From the human T2T-CHM13v2.0 reference genome, Homo sapiens, in the NCBI RefSeq assembly GCF_009914755.1, contig NC_060928.1: a stretch of DNA of 64,000 bases. One strand, written 5' to 3'. The notes below the pieces were generated by a model that was not told the origin of the DNA, searched no databases, and saw only the letters and a program-made list of their open reading frames with translations. Both the position numbers and the translations under genes were made by a program. Every line of letters starts with the position of its first letter. Position 1 is the stretch's first letter. Below are positions 1-14,083 of this stretch, piece by piece.

Positions 1-71
1 ATTTCTGTTAAATGAGTAGTAGCCTTACATCACCACTTTATAATACTCAGGCTTTAAAGTTTAACAGTATT

Positions 72-395
<324 letters not shown>

Positions 396-682
396 CTAAA
401 ATCCTATTATCAAGTACAAAAGGAGACTAAATAATGTGCCTTTCCATAGCCTGCAAATAAATAACCCATTTATTCGTGCAATTAAGCAATGATTGTCAGT
501 TTTTAAAACTCTAATTATCCTTGTGTATGGCTTGAGATGCCATGTTTATTGCTACTTTTCAGGTTTTTCTATAAACTTTTGTTTTGGATTTCAATTATAA
601 ACTAACAATTGAAAATGTGGGTTGCCTGTTAATTTTGGGCTGTAATGCAGAACATTGTTCAAGACTATTTGTCACTTGACCA

Positions 683-890
683 TTATTGATATTCCGGCCC
701 TTGAATCCTCTTACCAGTCAGCCCAAATGCTCTTATTAGTTCCAAGTAGGAGTACATCTTGTTATTATCAGCATCAAATAGCTCCAGTTGTTCTTGTTGG
801 GGTGTCTCTGCTCCTAGAGGGCTCTGGATTTCACTGTAAGTTAAATAACCATTTGCTTTGTTGTCAGCCCATAGAAAAAGACTTGAAGGT
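683..890 (-). pseudogene. Terminal EF-hand exon of the EFCAB14-like pseudogene (1-nt frameshift near 868-870)
   Basis: Acceptor ttttttattttcatag|ACCTTCAAG at 890. Phase 1 gives DLQVFFYG; the homologous frame then continues in ORF 683..922 (ADNKANGYLTYSE...FDADNNKMYSYLE, two EF-hand-like loops). Possible donor ACTG|gtaaga at 715, or stop at 683-685. Minus-strand AATAAA at 545-550 and 469-474. Confidence 0.85.
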
Positions 891-2536
891 CTATGAAAAT
901 AAAAAAGTTTGGTATATTTCAACTCAAATTTTCAATGTTAACCCAAACATCTACACCTTTCAGAACAGCATTTTGTCCTCCTGGGGCTGGTCTTCTTTCC
1001 GGTCCTCAAACATACCTAGATCATTTTTTGCTTCCACCTTGGCTTTCATTGCACATCACTTTACCACTTCAGTTGCTCCTTTCCTTTCTTTCAACATCCA
1101 GTTTACCTCTTTTCTTCATTCTACTTGAACTATCTGATCATTTACTTTAATAATTTTTCTTCTGTGATCTGTATCCTCATGATGTTTTATATCTAATCTA
1201 GTGTTTTCATTTTCTGTTTGCCTCATTCCTTAACATAAGCACTGTAATGGAATATTCTTCTTCACTGGTAGTCTAGTTTTTGATATATTCATTGGATCTT
1301 CTTTCTCTCCTAAAACTGTTTAAAAACTTCCATCTGGCTACATTTTAATGGCCTTTTTATCACAGTCTTTGCAGTTCCCTTGTTTACATTCATTTGCTAC
1401 CTTCTGTCTAATATTTCTTAATATTACATCAAAAGATACCTACTTATTTGGCTAACAATTCTGAACATACTGATATCTCTTACACTCCTAAGTTAGTAAA
1501 ATTTATTAGTTTATACAAAATCATATGTTTCTTCATTTGTAACACCACCAAATAATATTCCTTTGTCAGTATTCTTATTATTCTCTTGATCTCATTGCTT
1601 TAAGTACTGCCTTTATTAAAACACAAACAAACATTGTTTTCTGTTTCCGAAGTGCCAGGCTCTGTACGTAATACTGGAAATGCAGGGATGAAGAAGCCAT
1701 AGTTTCTGACTTCCAGGGGACAAAACCAGCAAGTAAGCAGTTTCAATAAGCGAAGGAATATATATTGTAATATAGGTACAGACAATGTGCCATTGAAACA
1801 GAGGAAAGTGAGAGAAGTTTCCACCTGGGGATTGTTTCAGTTGAGTCAAAAAGAAAAAATAGAAGCTCACCAGGTAAAGAAATACATAGAGATAATTTTT
1901 GGAAGGCATGACCCTATGGTCAAAGGCATTGAGTTATGGAAGAGTGTGGTACATTGGGGAACTGCAGGTAGTTTGCTCTGATAGGAGTATACATGATGAA
2001 CAGATGTGACCACTATGCTAAGCAAAAACAAACAAACCAACAAAAAACTTTTCTAACTGACCTCAGTCTTACTTACTTTTGGCTCTTTATTACTGTAACA
2101 CAATCTGCTTTGCATTAACTATTCAGTAACTTTCCCCAAGATACCTGTTTATGTTCCTGAGTGTTCGATACCTGGCCATATGGCACAACTTTCAAAACAG
2201 CTGGTGTTAAGCTTCTTGTGTTACAGATGATTTGATGTAATGTAAAGGCTCTCTATTGAAGCTAAATTGTAGATAGACAAAAGGATAGCACTCAAGTTTA
2301 CTTATGCTTGGCTTAGGAAATCTGCAAAACAGTTTTAGTGTGTACAGCTTCTTCTTAGCTAGTTTGCAGAAGAGAAATGATAATTTTTTCATCTTAAAAT
2401 ATGAAAAGGAATATGATCTGGTAATAAAAGAATCCAGCAATTGCAACAATTTATAAACCATTTTTTACTTAACATAGTAAATAAATATAAATGCCTAGGA
2501 GTACTGACTGACAGCGTGTTCAAGATAACAGTGACA

Positions 2537-2858
<322 letters not shown>

Positions 2859-4249
2859 AATAACTGTGACAGAGTAAGTATAATATTATAATTATCTAGG
2901 CAGTCATGAATTAAATAGGTGTGCATGGGTTACTATATAATGTTGTCTCTGGTATAGAAAGAGAAATTACTACATTAAGGAGTTACTATACAAGAAATAT
3001 AATAACCAAATGTCATATATTTTTTAGAGATTTTAACTCTAGCCATACACATTATTCAATTAGCACTTGCTTCTTCCTGCAATTTTTGGTTTTGCTTGAG
3101 TAGTTATTACTCTATTTTTATTAATCTCCATTTCACAAAAGTATGCATTCCAAATACCAAACCCACATCCCAGAATTATATCAAATGTGGTTTCTAAAGC
3201 TTCCCAAATGTTTGAAAGGAAAGGGATAGGTAAACCAAACTTTTGTATGGCTGAAGGAACTGAGAGCAATAATGAAGTGTGGTAAAATAAGTAATCATGA
3301 CATTTGACTATTAATTTAATAGCTCTCTTTTCAGATTCATTATCTTTTCTCTACCAACAGGTAAATAACACAGACTGTAAAGTAATAGAATTAGGAAAAG
3401 TTTCAGGTTTGTGTGTGGAGCCCCTACAGATACAGTACCTTCTAACCCCTTTTACAAAGATTTGATTAGATTGTTCTAGCTCATTGAGTCTATTATATCC
3501 TAGGAGCTGGCAATAATCAATACTCCTCCTCCTTAGGGATGAAAGAAAATGATTTTTCTTCCTTGATCCTGATTCATTTTGGAGAGAAAGTGAGAAAAGG
3601 AGGCCAGGAAAGCAAACAACCTTGAATTTTCTTCCACTAGAGGCAGATGATGGTATAATCAAATAAATTAAAAACTGCAAACATAGATTTTTTTTTAATC
3701 CATATTCAAAAAATGTTTCCATATTAAGCCCAGAGCTACATTTATATGAGGATTAAAAAAATAGGATTTAACTGATAGGTAGCACAAGATGAAGTGGGAG
3801 AATTTAGATTGGTTCCATGCCTCTACAATGAGAAGTCATTTAGATGTCAACTCTAAGAGAACATTTGTTACATCCCCTATTGCTTCTCCCTCTAGGATTT
3901 TTGCTGAAGTTCTTTTGTCCAAGAGGGAATCAAAAGCTCCTTCCCTTCAAATCATGTCAACCATTTTCTTCTAAAAACAAAAGTAAGAAATACAAACTAC
4001 TGCACACAAATAATATTTAAATAAAAAATCAGAAAGTTATCACTGACTTATTTTATACTTGCTTTAGAGAACTTAAGGTAAATCATTTGCATAGGATGTT
4101 CTATGATGGGTGACTATTTCATGCTCAGGATGCCTGCTCTGTGGCCAACATTTATTGAAGGTCACACCTTAATATACTTTTCTGTTTAAGGAGGTTGGAC
4201 TAGTGGCCTTGAAAGTCCTTCCAATACTGGGTGGGCCATCTGACAAATT

Positions 4250-6170
4250 AATATCAAGTTCCCACGGTTTTGTCCAAGCCCTTGACTTTTCCTTCCTTCC
4301 TCTTCAGTCAGCAACTCCATTCCAAACCTAGGTCTTTGCATCACCCAGGGTCTCCCCACTTCTGAAATACTCTGCTCTAAGATTTCCTCTCTGTTCTTAG
4401 CCTCTTAACATTCCAGTTCCCATTCCCACTACACTCTATTAATGTTCAGCTCATAACTGCTCCTTTTTTTTTCCCTGTCAATCTAAAAGATTCCTCCTGG
4501 TTACATTTTATTTGATAATCACTCTGGGCCTTTGATCTCTAACTTAAGCAGTTCTATTGTCTACACCCACAAAACTTGACTCTACTTTCCTGCTACACTC
4601 AATGAAGCAAAAGTCCAATCCTGGATAACCACCTGTGTTCTCCACTCCTGTACCTGGACTCATCAGAAATTTTACCGAAATCAAATAGCCACGTGGATTG
4701 GTGCTACTAAAATTGAAATCTCACAGGTCAAGGTCCTCATCTTAGTTGAACTGTCAATGATACCTGCACACCATTTTATATGTTCCATTTTGGCTCCCCC
4801 TCTTATTGTCCATAGCTATTTCAAACCTTCACCATTTTCCCCTCAGTTTTTTTGTTTTTTTTAGTTTGCCAATTTACCTCCATTGGTTTCAGCAGATTAT
4901 CTTTTTTTACTTACTGAAAGAAATAATTCCCAAAGATGTTTCTTCATCTTGCTGCCACTTCTCCTAACTTATTTGTATCCATACCTCTATTTTTCTTATT
5001 TTCTATAGTTTCAGTGAAAAATAATAATATAGCAAAAAATTAACAACACACATTCTCTTCTAGTGCCTAAATCTAATCTCATTTTTCAGATTCTACTCTG
5101 TAGTTCTTTATCAAGCTATCCAAGTGAAAATATCTAGGAGGCATTTTGATATACAAATCTGGAACTCAAGAAAGAAAGCCTGGTTGGAGATTCATGTTTG
5201 AAATTCAGCAGCAAATAAAGATGAATTAAAACTGTGGCAGAAGAACAGTGGCTGGCACATATACTCAATAATATCAGTCTATTCTTGTCCCTGTTTCCCT
5301 AATCTCATCCTCTTCCTCATTTCCTTTCTTAAATAGTGACACCAGAATTAATACCACCACTCAAGCCAGTAAATCCTTGTGTCACCTTAGATGCCTTCCA
5401 CACCCACCATCTTCGACTAGTAGCGAAGTCTTGTTAGTTTACCTCCCTGATATCTTTTGAGTATCTTCTCTGTTGCTGTTGCCTTCACGCAGCTGGTTAG
5501 CATGTTTTCCTGGCTTATTGCCACTGTTCCCTAATGGTTTGCTCTGCTTCCAGGCTGTCTTTCTTGCAACCTATTTTCCTTCCACTTACTGAATTATCTG
5601 TGTACACATGCAAATGTGGTCATTCTATTTATAATTACTCAAGGTCTTCAAGTAGTTCCCTAGTCACAGTAAGATAAAACCTAGGCTGACACATAACACC
5701 CTTCATTATTTGGTGCTTAATTGCATCTCCAAACTCATTTCTTTTTACTTTCTACACTTCCTACCTGCTCGATATAGTCATTTGCAATTTCTCATATGTA
5801 TTATGCTATTTTTAATAAACATAAGCTTTAGTATCTCTGTTTCCTTCTTGAGTTCCCACTACCTGCCATCTTTTTCCTCACCTCTTCCCACTTCTGTCGT
5901 CACCCTTTCCTTGACCAAATGTTTCCTCTTCAAATCATAACCCTAATATTATCTTTTAGAGAAAGACTTCTCAGTCTGAGTTATGCTCCCTGCTCCCAAG
6001 TTTTCTTCTGGTTTTCTATGCTCATGGCTCGTTGTTATAATTGCTCACACGTTAGTTTCTCCACTAACCATGAAGAAACCATGTCAGTGACTTTTTAATT
6101 TTAATTCCCAGCACCTAGTAGAGACCTCAGATATGGGAAGCCCACATAAAATGTTTGCTGAATGAACAAA
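4250..6170 (-). mobile_element. Old LINE-2 fragments
   Basis: Pyrimidine-rich L2-like sequence ending in CCCAGCACCTAG...AAATGTTTGCTGAATGAA (L2 3' end). Boundaries approximate. Confidence 0.6.
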
Positions 6171-6952
6171 AGAAGCATTTTGATTCATTATTTATCCTAC
6201 TGCTTCTATATCTGTGTATGTTAGGATTTAGGATGAGAATTTATGGTAGAAATAAAGCTAAATTTATGTAAGATGAGACAAAATATATTTAACTGTTAAC
6301 TCTTGGCCACTCTGACCCAAATAAGAGCCCCTTGCTAGCTTTCTCTGAGTACTAAGCATATGCATATATTTCCCCCCTCCCCTTCTGGGCTTTAAATTCT
6401 TCCACATCAGGAACCACATCTGTCAGGCTCAGTGACCTATCCTTAGTGTCTGGCACAGGATATTTTCAATAGAGGCTGTGAGATTTACTAAATAATTGAT
6501 TCTCCTCTGGAGAATGTCTAGTGGAATAGTTGTTCTCGATCCTTCGTAGATAAACTTATTTCTGAATCTTTGTCAAGTAGTTGCCTTTCTTGTTGCCCTT
6601 ATAAATTAAAGCATAAATTCACTGATTTTATATGACATATATAACCTATGTGCTAAAATATATGGGATATGAATTAGAGTTCAACAAGGATGTTATTTTT
6701 AAAAACCAAACCAGAAACACATACAAACATGTTATTTTAACGCAGTGGAGAAAGCTCAAAATAATAACCTGTATCCCTGTCAAAAGCAGGCAACATACAG
6801 TCATTATATAATAATAGTATTTGATAATATTTAAAGGATAAATATTATTTAGAATAAGGCAAGTCATGTGGAAACACTACTTCATACTTATTAAATCATT
6901 TTCAGATGATATGCTTGGACATTCCGCTTTGTTACTAAATCGTGAAATTTAC

Positions 6953-7051
6953 CTGTAAGATTCTTTATGAATGAAACAATTATCTTGGATTTCTCTTTCA
7001 ATATTGCAGAATCTATGTCTTTAGTATCTTATGATGCTGGTTCTGGAAGAG
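6953..7051 (-). pseudogene. Exon of EFCAB14-like pseudogene with in-frame TAA
   Basis: Acceptor gttgttttctttataaaag| (or ctcttccag| at 7042, same phase); donor ACAG|gtaaat. Encodes (A)LPEPAS*DTKDIDSAILKEKSKIIVSFIKNLT, stop at 7029-7031. The phase-1 end joins G|AC (Asp) of the EF-hand exon. Confidence 0.7.
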
Positions 7052-7999
7052 CTTTTATAAAGAAAACAACACGATCAGTAACCCTGGTCCAAGAGATGTG
7101 AGAAAATGAATAGTCACATTTTTGGTATAGTATATCCATGCAAACAATTGTAGGTCTACATTATCACTTTATAATCATCTCACCAAGTAATCTGGAACAG
7201 AATGTTTAATTCCATGCTCTTTTTGTCGTAAACACAATTAAAAACCTACCTATTTTCACATGTTAATGTTTCATTTTCTTCTCTCTTCTTGCTTAGTGCT
7301 TGTCTGTGTATGTTATTTAGACTTCTCAGCAGGATAATACACTTATTTGTTCATTCAGAGAAACATGTACTGAGCACCCACTCTGTGCTAGGCACAGGAC
7401 TATGTGTTGTGGGAGACCAAGCTGAAAAAGACATGGTCTTTGGCACAAAGACCCTACTGTCTAATGGTAAGTTTGAAAACAAGAGGTTTTTGAAGGTGTG
7501 ATGTGTGGGAAATGCCCAGGCTGAGATTTCTAGTACAATTAATATTCTCAAAGGTAGTTTCATCCAATTCTCTGATAAAAGAGCCATGGTAACAATGAAA
7601 AACATAAAAATAATTACCTTAAGTACTCAAGAAATCAAGCAACAGGTAATCATTTGAGAAGCCTAAGATAAATTTTGACTAAATATAAAATACCGTGTGG
7701 CATGAACGAAAGAGTCCTATTAGGCCAGAAGAAAGGAAGACCCCTGGAGTTTAAGAGTGGTAGAGAATAAGAACAATTTGCTGTGGTTCATTTCATGTAA
7801 TATGAGTTAAAATTGAAATCCCAAACTTTGTTAAATACAACACTGCTCTAATGCCAGACTTTGGGAAAGTCATGGCTCTATAAGCATCATGCATACAAAA
7901 TGTAATTTTTCCTGCTCAGAATCAGGTAGTGAAGACAAGAAAATCTCACTTTAGTTCAGCAGAGGCACACTTCTAGATGTTATACATTGGGCTAATCAC

Positions 8000-10480
8000 T
8001 GCACCAACTCCCAGGTGTGGCTCTTCATCAAAATTCCCTGGGAAAACCCAACTATCTGCCTACTGTACATCTGCACCAGAACAGCTGAATACTGCTGGAG
8101 AACACTACAGTGCTGACTGGTTTGCTCATTATACCTATGACTGCAATCTTAAATGGCCTCTCAACACTGCTATCCATCTGTTTACCTTTTCTTAATAGAT
8201 TTGCTATTTTTAAATTCTCTTTCATTAATTCATTAATCTTTTTTTAAATTGTTGTTGTTGAGACAGAGTCTTCCAGGCTGGAATAAAGTGGTGCAATCAG
8301 TGCACTGCAGCTTTAACCTCCTGGTCTCAAGTGATCCTCCTGCTTCAGCCTCCTGAATAGCTGGTACTACCAGCATGTGCTACCATGGCCAACTTTTTTT
8401 TTTTTAACCATTTTTAGAGATGAGGGTCTCATTATGTTGCTTAGGCTAATCTCGAACTGCTGTCCTCAAGCAATTCTCCACCTCAGCCTCACAAAGTGCT
8501 GAGATAACAGGTGTGAGCCACTGCACCCAACATTTTCCATTAATCTTTCTACACTCTTCCCTCTCATATTCAAATGATGACCATCATATTTCTTTCAGAC
8601 AATAGAAATAGTCATGAACATCCTCTTACACTCACCATCAAACCTACCCACCTTCCCTGCTTCAGTATTTATATTCTTTTTGCCCGGATTCCTGTTAAAA
8701 TACACAATGTCTCAGCACCCACAAAAAGTTAGTTCCTCTCCATTTATAGTTTGGATCACATTCTGATTTTTCAAGGTTTTGCTACAGTAATTAATCACTA
8801 TCTTTCCTATGTAATTTATCTCCATATATAGGATAATAGAAGAATAAAAATATTTCTTGGTATCTCTCATATCTTAAATTCTTAATATAGTGTCTCCTTC
8901 CAACAAATTTATGTTTTCTCTTTCTCTTTTATAGCAAAACTTCTCAATAAGGTACTACTACTTTTTATAAAGCACATTTTTGTGGAACTCACACATTCAT
9001 CCTATTGAGCCTGTTTTTTCTGAAATCACCAATGACCTCTCTTGCTAAATAAAAGGTTCATTTTTATGTCTTTGTCTTAGTCAAGCTCAAGCTTGCAGCA
9101 TATTTGACATAGTTTCCTTTCTTAAAATGCTTTTAATTTTTCTCTTTCTTGGTCTCCTCTTCTATAAAAGGAGTTAAGTACTTATGTTTACCTATATCAT
9201 GTGGCTGTTGTGAGGATGGAGGAGTTAATACTAACACATAAACAGTATTAAATGTGCCTAGCACATGATATTTCTCAAAAAATGAAAGCTGTTACTGTTT
9301 TTAAAATAGGTACTCTCCTGTTCCCTCTCCTATTTTGATATTTCAGTGACTGTTTCAGTTTTGATTTCTGGCTGTGCCTCTGCTGCCTGACCTATAAATG
9401 GAGCAGGGCTCAGGGCTGGGCCCTCTTCTCTTGTCTGTCTTAATTTCCTCCCTGTATAATCTCACAGAGCCTCATGTTTTTGATTATTATATGTACATTA
9501 ACATCCCAGATTTATATCTCTACCTCTCATCTATCTCTCGAGTTCCCAACTTAACTACTTGTCATCTCTTTTTTAAGTCTAATAAGGATTTCAAATTTAA
9601 AATACCATAACAGAATCCATAATTTCCCCCAAGATTTTTCCACGTTGTAAATGATACCAATATTTTTCCAGTTACTTAAACATCTCAACTGCTGTATTTT
9701 TCTCAGTCTTCACATACAATCAAATAATTAAGTCCTATTGGTTTTACCCCTATAAGTTTTCCTAAAACACTTCATCTCTTGCCACCTCCAGCCATGCTCA
9801 TCTCTTGCCTGGCCTACTGCACAAAGCTCCTGGAGGATCTTCCACCTTCCATCCTTGGCTTTCTAATATTAAGTTTCTACTCAACAACCAAAGCCCTCTT
9901 CAAAAACCGTAAAACCTGTCGTTTCACTTCTCTCTCAAAAAGCTTGGGTTTTCTAAGCATCCCACCAAGGCCTACGGGTGTCTACCTGTTCTTGCCACTG
10001 TCTGTATTTTCAATCTGATATTCTACCACATTTGTCTTTACTCACTAAACTTCAGCCTTACTGCACCTTTTTTCTTTCTCAAATATGCTAAGCCAGTTTC
10101 CTTTGAGAGGCCTTTGCAGTGCATGTTCACTTTTCCTGGAATACTTTTTCTTCAGTTTTTCATGTGGATGCCCTTTCTTCTCCTTCAGGCCTCTGTCTAA
10201 ATGCCTTTTGTTCAGAGAGGCCTTTCCTGATCAACCAATTTAAATTGGTCTTCTCCAGTGGTTTATGATCGGATCACCCTTTCTTAATAACTCTCACTAT
10301 TATCTAAAATCATGTTACTTATGTATTTCTTTCTTTACTTGTTTTGTGTTTACTTCTCTCAATGAGAAGGCAATCTCCACGAAGGCAGAGATCTTTGAAT
10401 GCTGAGTCCTCAGTGACCAGAGCAATGCCTGGCACATGGTACTTGGTAAGTAAATATTGTTGAATAAGTAAATGTTTAAG
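8000..10480 (-). mobile_element. LINE-2 (L2a-like) fragments with an intervening MIR (~9170-9300)
   Basis: L2 motifs such as GTGCCTCTGCTGCCTGACC...CTCAGGGCTGGGCCCTCTTCTC and the 3' end GCCTGGCACATGGTAC...AAATATTGTTGAATAAG. Confidence 0.7.
8240..8530 (-). mobile_element. Alu (AluJ-like) nested in L2
   Basis: Reverse Alu: GAGACAGAGTC...CAAAGTGCTGAGATAACAGGTGTGAGCCACTGCACCCA. Confidence 0.9.
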
Positions 10481-10816
10481 AAGGCATATTCCCAATAAAG
10501 TGTGAGAGCAAGCCAGGGCAATTCATATATCCTCTCTGTCGGTAAAACTGAATTTTATAGATATCCTTTCCTTAAATATAAGTTAACAATATAAAAGCAT
10601 GACAATTTCTGCCATCCCCTACATTTTGTCAACATGGACTTGAATACTATAAAATATTTGGGTTATAAGGAATATGGAATATCATATGAAAGTTTCTAAG
10701 AAAGGTTTGTTAAAAACAGTAACTTATTTTCTCAATTTATCTCCGGTTGCTATGACTAGTTGGTCAATTGTCTTATTTTCTTCACTCCTGAATTGTTTAT
10801 AATAATCTCTGCTTAC

Positions 10817-10829
10817 CTGCAAGTATAAG
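10817..10829 (-). pseudogene. 13-nt micro-exon (LILA+G) of EFCAB14-like pseudogene
   Basis: tcttatttttgcag|CTTATACTTGCAG|gtaagc has strong splice sites on both sides and provides exactly the phase 0>1 change needed between exons 15978-16076 and 6953-7051. Confidence 0.6.
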
Positions 10830-12277
10830 CTGCAAAAATAAGATATGTCTCTACGTTAAAATTTGCCAATATATTACTATCATTAATATTACAAGTGGCA
10901 TAGGTATTACTTGCAGAATTAGAGATTAGTACAGAAAAAGCCAAAGTCTCTCTTCTCATGATTACTGCCATGTGTTATTCATGCATTTATTCATTTCTTC
11001 AACAGATACATACAGAATATCTAATGTGTGCCAGGAAATATACCTGAAGATATGCAGTGAACTAAATATATACCATGCCCACCCTTTTCTGAATATCATA
11101 CTAAAGTAAATTATTAGTATGATCGACCTATCAGAAATATCATAATTTTGAGTCGGCATTATATATGACAGCCTTGGAATATATGATTTCTTTTCTTTTT
11201 CTTGGAAGGATTGAGTTGGTGATTTAGTATATGAATTTAAATTTTCCATCCTGGTCATAGTCAATGTATTCTCCAAAACATAGAGATTATCTTTAAGTTG
11301 GGAAATTTGCAATAAAAACATTATTCAGGTCCTAGAAAGCAAAGTATAATTAATGAGTGTTCAAAAAAAGAATAAAAATGCTTAATCAAAATGGTTCCAA
11401 TTATATTACATTTTATCTTGAAAAAAAAGATACTACAAAGCACATTCAGGGAAAATATTTAATACCCAAAGTGATATTTGATAGCACATTATGAAGAAAA
11501 AGTCTACATTGAAGAGAATGTATTCATTATTTATTTTATTATGAATGTTTCCTTCCTGCTCTCTTTCAGTTTGGAAGTATGCCAATTCAGATGAACATCA
11601 ACTTACTCTAAGCAATAAAAGTAGATTATTAGATTGGGTTTTTCAGATAAAATTATACATGTTGCATGAAAGTTTGCTTTTTAAAGGAATTCTACCATAA
11701 AACTATATGAAGCAAATTATTTCATTATTTCTTGTGGGAATAAATACAATGAATGAAAAGTATATATTAAAATTATTTAAGCTAATTAAACATGTAAACT
11801 CAATTATCAGATTCTCCATCTTGGGGCTGATAATAATAGTTACAAATGATATGAACAGTTTCAACTGCTAATGGTGTTATAATCCTCCCAACTGGTGAGT
11901 TATCTTAGAGTGAAAGAGGACAACTTGTACTTATTTTCCAATAAAAATGGCAGAGAAATTACATGCATGTATATTTCTGATAAATATATATATAAATTAT
12001 AAAATTACTCTCACACTGGCAATGCCTATTAATTAGATCTATTGGGAGTTTTGAAATGATAAAGTAACTTCTCTATTAATATACATTTGGGTTATTTTTA
12101 TGTATTTTTAAGATATTGCTGCATATGGAAACTCATTATTTAAACATTGAGGAATTAGATAGACTATTTTACTAAAATTATCGTTTCCTGATTATGCTGA
12201 GAAATACAATAATTTTTCTGGCAGAGGTCAAATGGCCAAAAGCTGGATGGCTGATGTTCTGATGAACAGATCTTTGA

Positions 12278-12293
12278 TGACATCTAGTGGTGA
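12278..12293 (-). promoter_or_regulatory. CTCF-like binding motif
   Basis: Minus strand reads CTACATT-TCACCACTAGATGTCA, close to the CTCF core CCACYAGRKGGCR. Motif match only. Confidence 0.55.
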
Positions 12294-12569
12294 AATGTAG
12301 ATTTATTTATTCACTGTTCTCAAAGTTTTAAGATGTCAATGTTGTATATATCTTGAGAGACATTGAGATAAGTTGGAGATTGAATAAAATGGAGAAATTT
12401 GGTAATTTTTGTCTTCAGCAAAGATACCTTAAAATGGTTAAGAACAAAGGGGTAGGCAGAAAAGAGATAAACAACCTTTAGTAAACATTTTTACATTTTA
12501 ATTCTGAGAAATTTGTGTAGAGAATAAAATTTAAAACTGTAGCTTATAATATAAATATATTTCTTCGTG

Positions 12570-14083
12570 CAATTATGTTTAGCTGATGTGAATATGCTCC
12601 ATTTATGTGTATAAGCACCACACTTGTTCTGATTAGGTGAATTTCAGTAATATATGGACTTTTAAGAAAATTTAAAAGAAAGCCAAAAGACAACCTGTGT
12701 ATATATTTTCCATTTATGATAATCTATCATTATTTATATTTTTAAATGACTGAATAGACATGTCCTTATACTTAGTAGCAGCAAATTTTGTTGACCTAGG
12801 CTTATTTTATATGTGTTTTAAGCAAAATAACATCACAAGCAATGAATTCTAATTTTTGCTAGGTTTTCAGGAGCAAAATTATTTATACTTTTAACAAATC
12901 AACTCAGACCTTTAATCAGCATGTTTCAGCAGCACAAACATGCTGGAGACTGTCAAATTTTGTCTTCAGACATATATATACTAGCAGAAATTGGGGCAAA
13001 TTATTTGATATCATTAAGCCTGAAACTTATTTTCAGAATGAATATATTAGATTAAACCCCAGTCTCTCTTTGAATCCAAACATTCTTTGATTTTTATATG
13101 ATCATCTATATGCTTTATTTACTCTTTGGAACAAAGTTCTACCAAGGAGTTGGGGGAAAGTGTCACAATTATATTTCTAAGACTCTGTTTACAAATTACA
13201 AGTGAAATTGGAATTTTGTTAATTATCCAGTTAATTTAATTAGTGTTTAAATTCAGACTCAATTTGTCATAGCCTAATTTACCTACATTATTGTGTCTAT
13301 ATTGACTAAATTAAATGTTTAGCCTGCACTTTGCTATGTTGACTTAGCCTGTAAACTGACAGAGAAATAAGAGAGTACATAACAATGTAAACTAGTATAG
13401 TTTCTCAGGGGAAATATGTTTTCTTTACACTAGATAAGCTCCGTTGTGTTAATCACACTGCAAATGAGCAATAAAATATTTGACATACATGATCAAAATG
13501 TTATAGTCAGTTATTTTTATTAATTCAAAAAATATTTACTGAGTACCGATTATGTGCTCAGCAAAAAATTTTATATTGATAAAATTTGTTTTGTGGTATC
13601 TTTTCCCTAGCAGTCTCCAGCACGTTTGTGCCACTGAAACATGCTGACTAAAGATCTGAGTTGATTTGTTAAAAGTATAGATAATTTTGCTCCTGCAAAC
13701 CTAGCAAAGATCAGACTTCATTGTTTGTGATGTTATTTTGCTTAAAACACATATAAAATAAGCCTAGGTTAACAAAATTTGCTGCTAGTAATTATAAGGA
13801 CATGTCTATTCAGTCATTTAAAAATATAAATAATGATAGATTATCATAAATGGAAAATATATACACAAGTTTTCTCTTGAATTTCATTTAAATATTCTTA
13901 TATATTTCCAAATATATTTCCATATATTACTATGTGTATATATTTACTATATATTACTATATATGTTACCATATATTACTATATGTAATATATTTTCATA
14001 TATTACTGAAATTCACCTAATCAGAACAAGTGTGGTGCTTATACACAGAAATGGAGCATAATCACATCAGCTAAACATAATTG
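12570..14083. repeat. Long inverted duplication: arms 12570-12952 and 13611-14083, 658-bp spacer
   Basis: CAATTATGTTTAGCTGATGTG... at 12570 is the reverse complement of ...CACATCAGCTAAACATAATTG at 14083. Inner ends are GCTGGAGACTG (12952) and CAGTCTCCAGC (13611). Identity >90% by eye outside a TA-rich expansion in the right arm. Confidence 0.95.

Noticed and set aside
655-1150. Plus-strand ORFs of 157 and 85 aa
   Set aside because: Antisense shadow of the minus-strand EF-hand exon and its intron; no recognisable protein.
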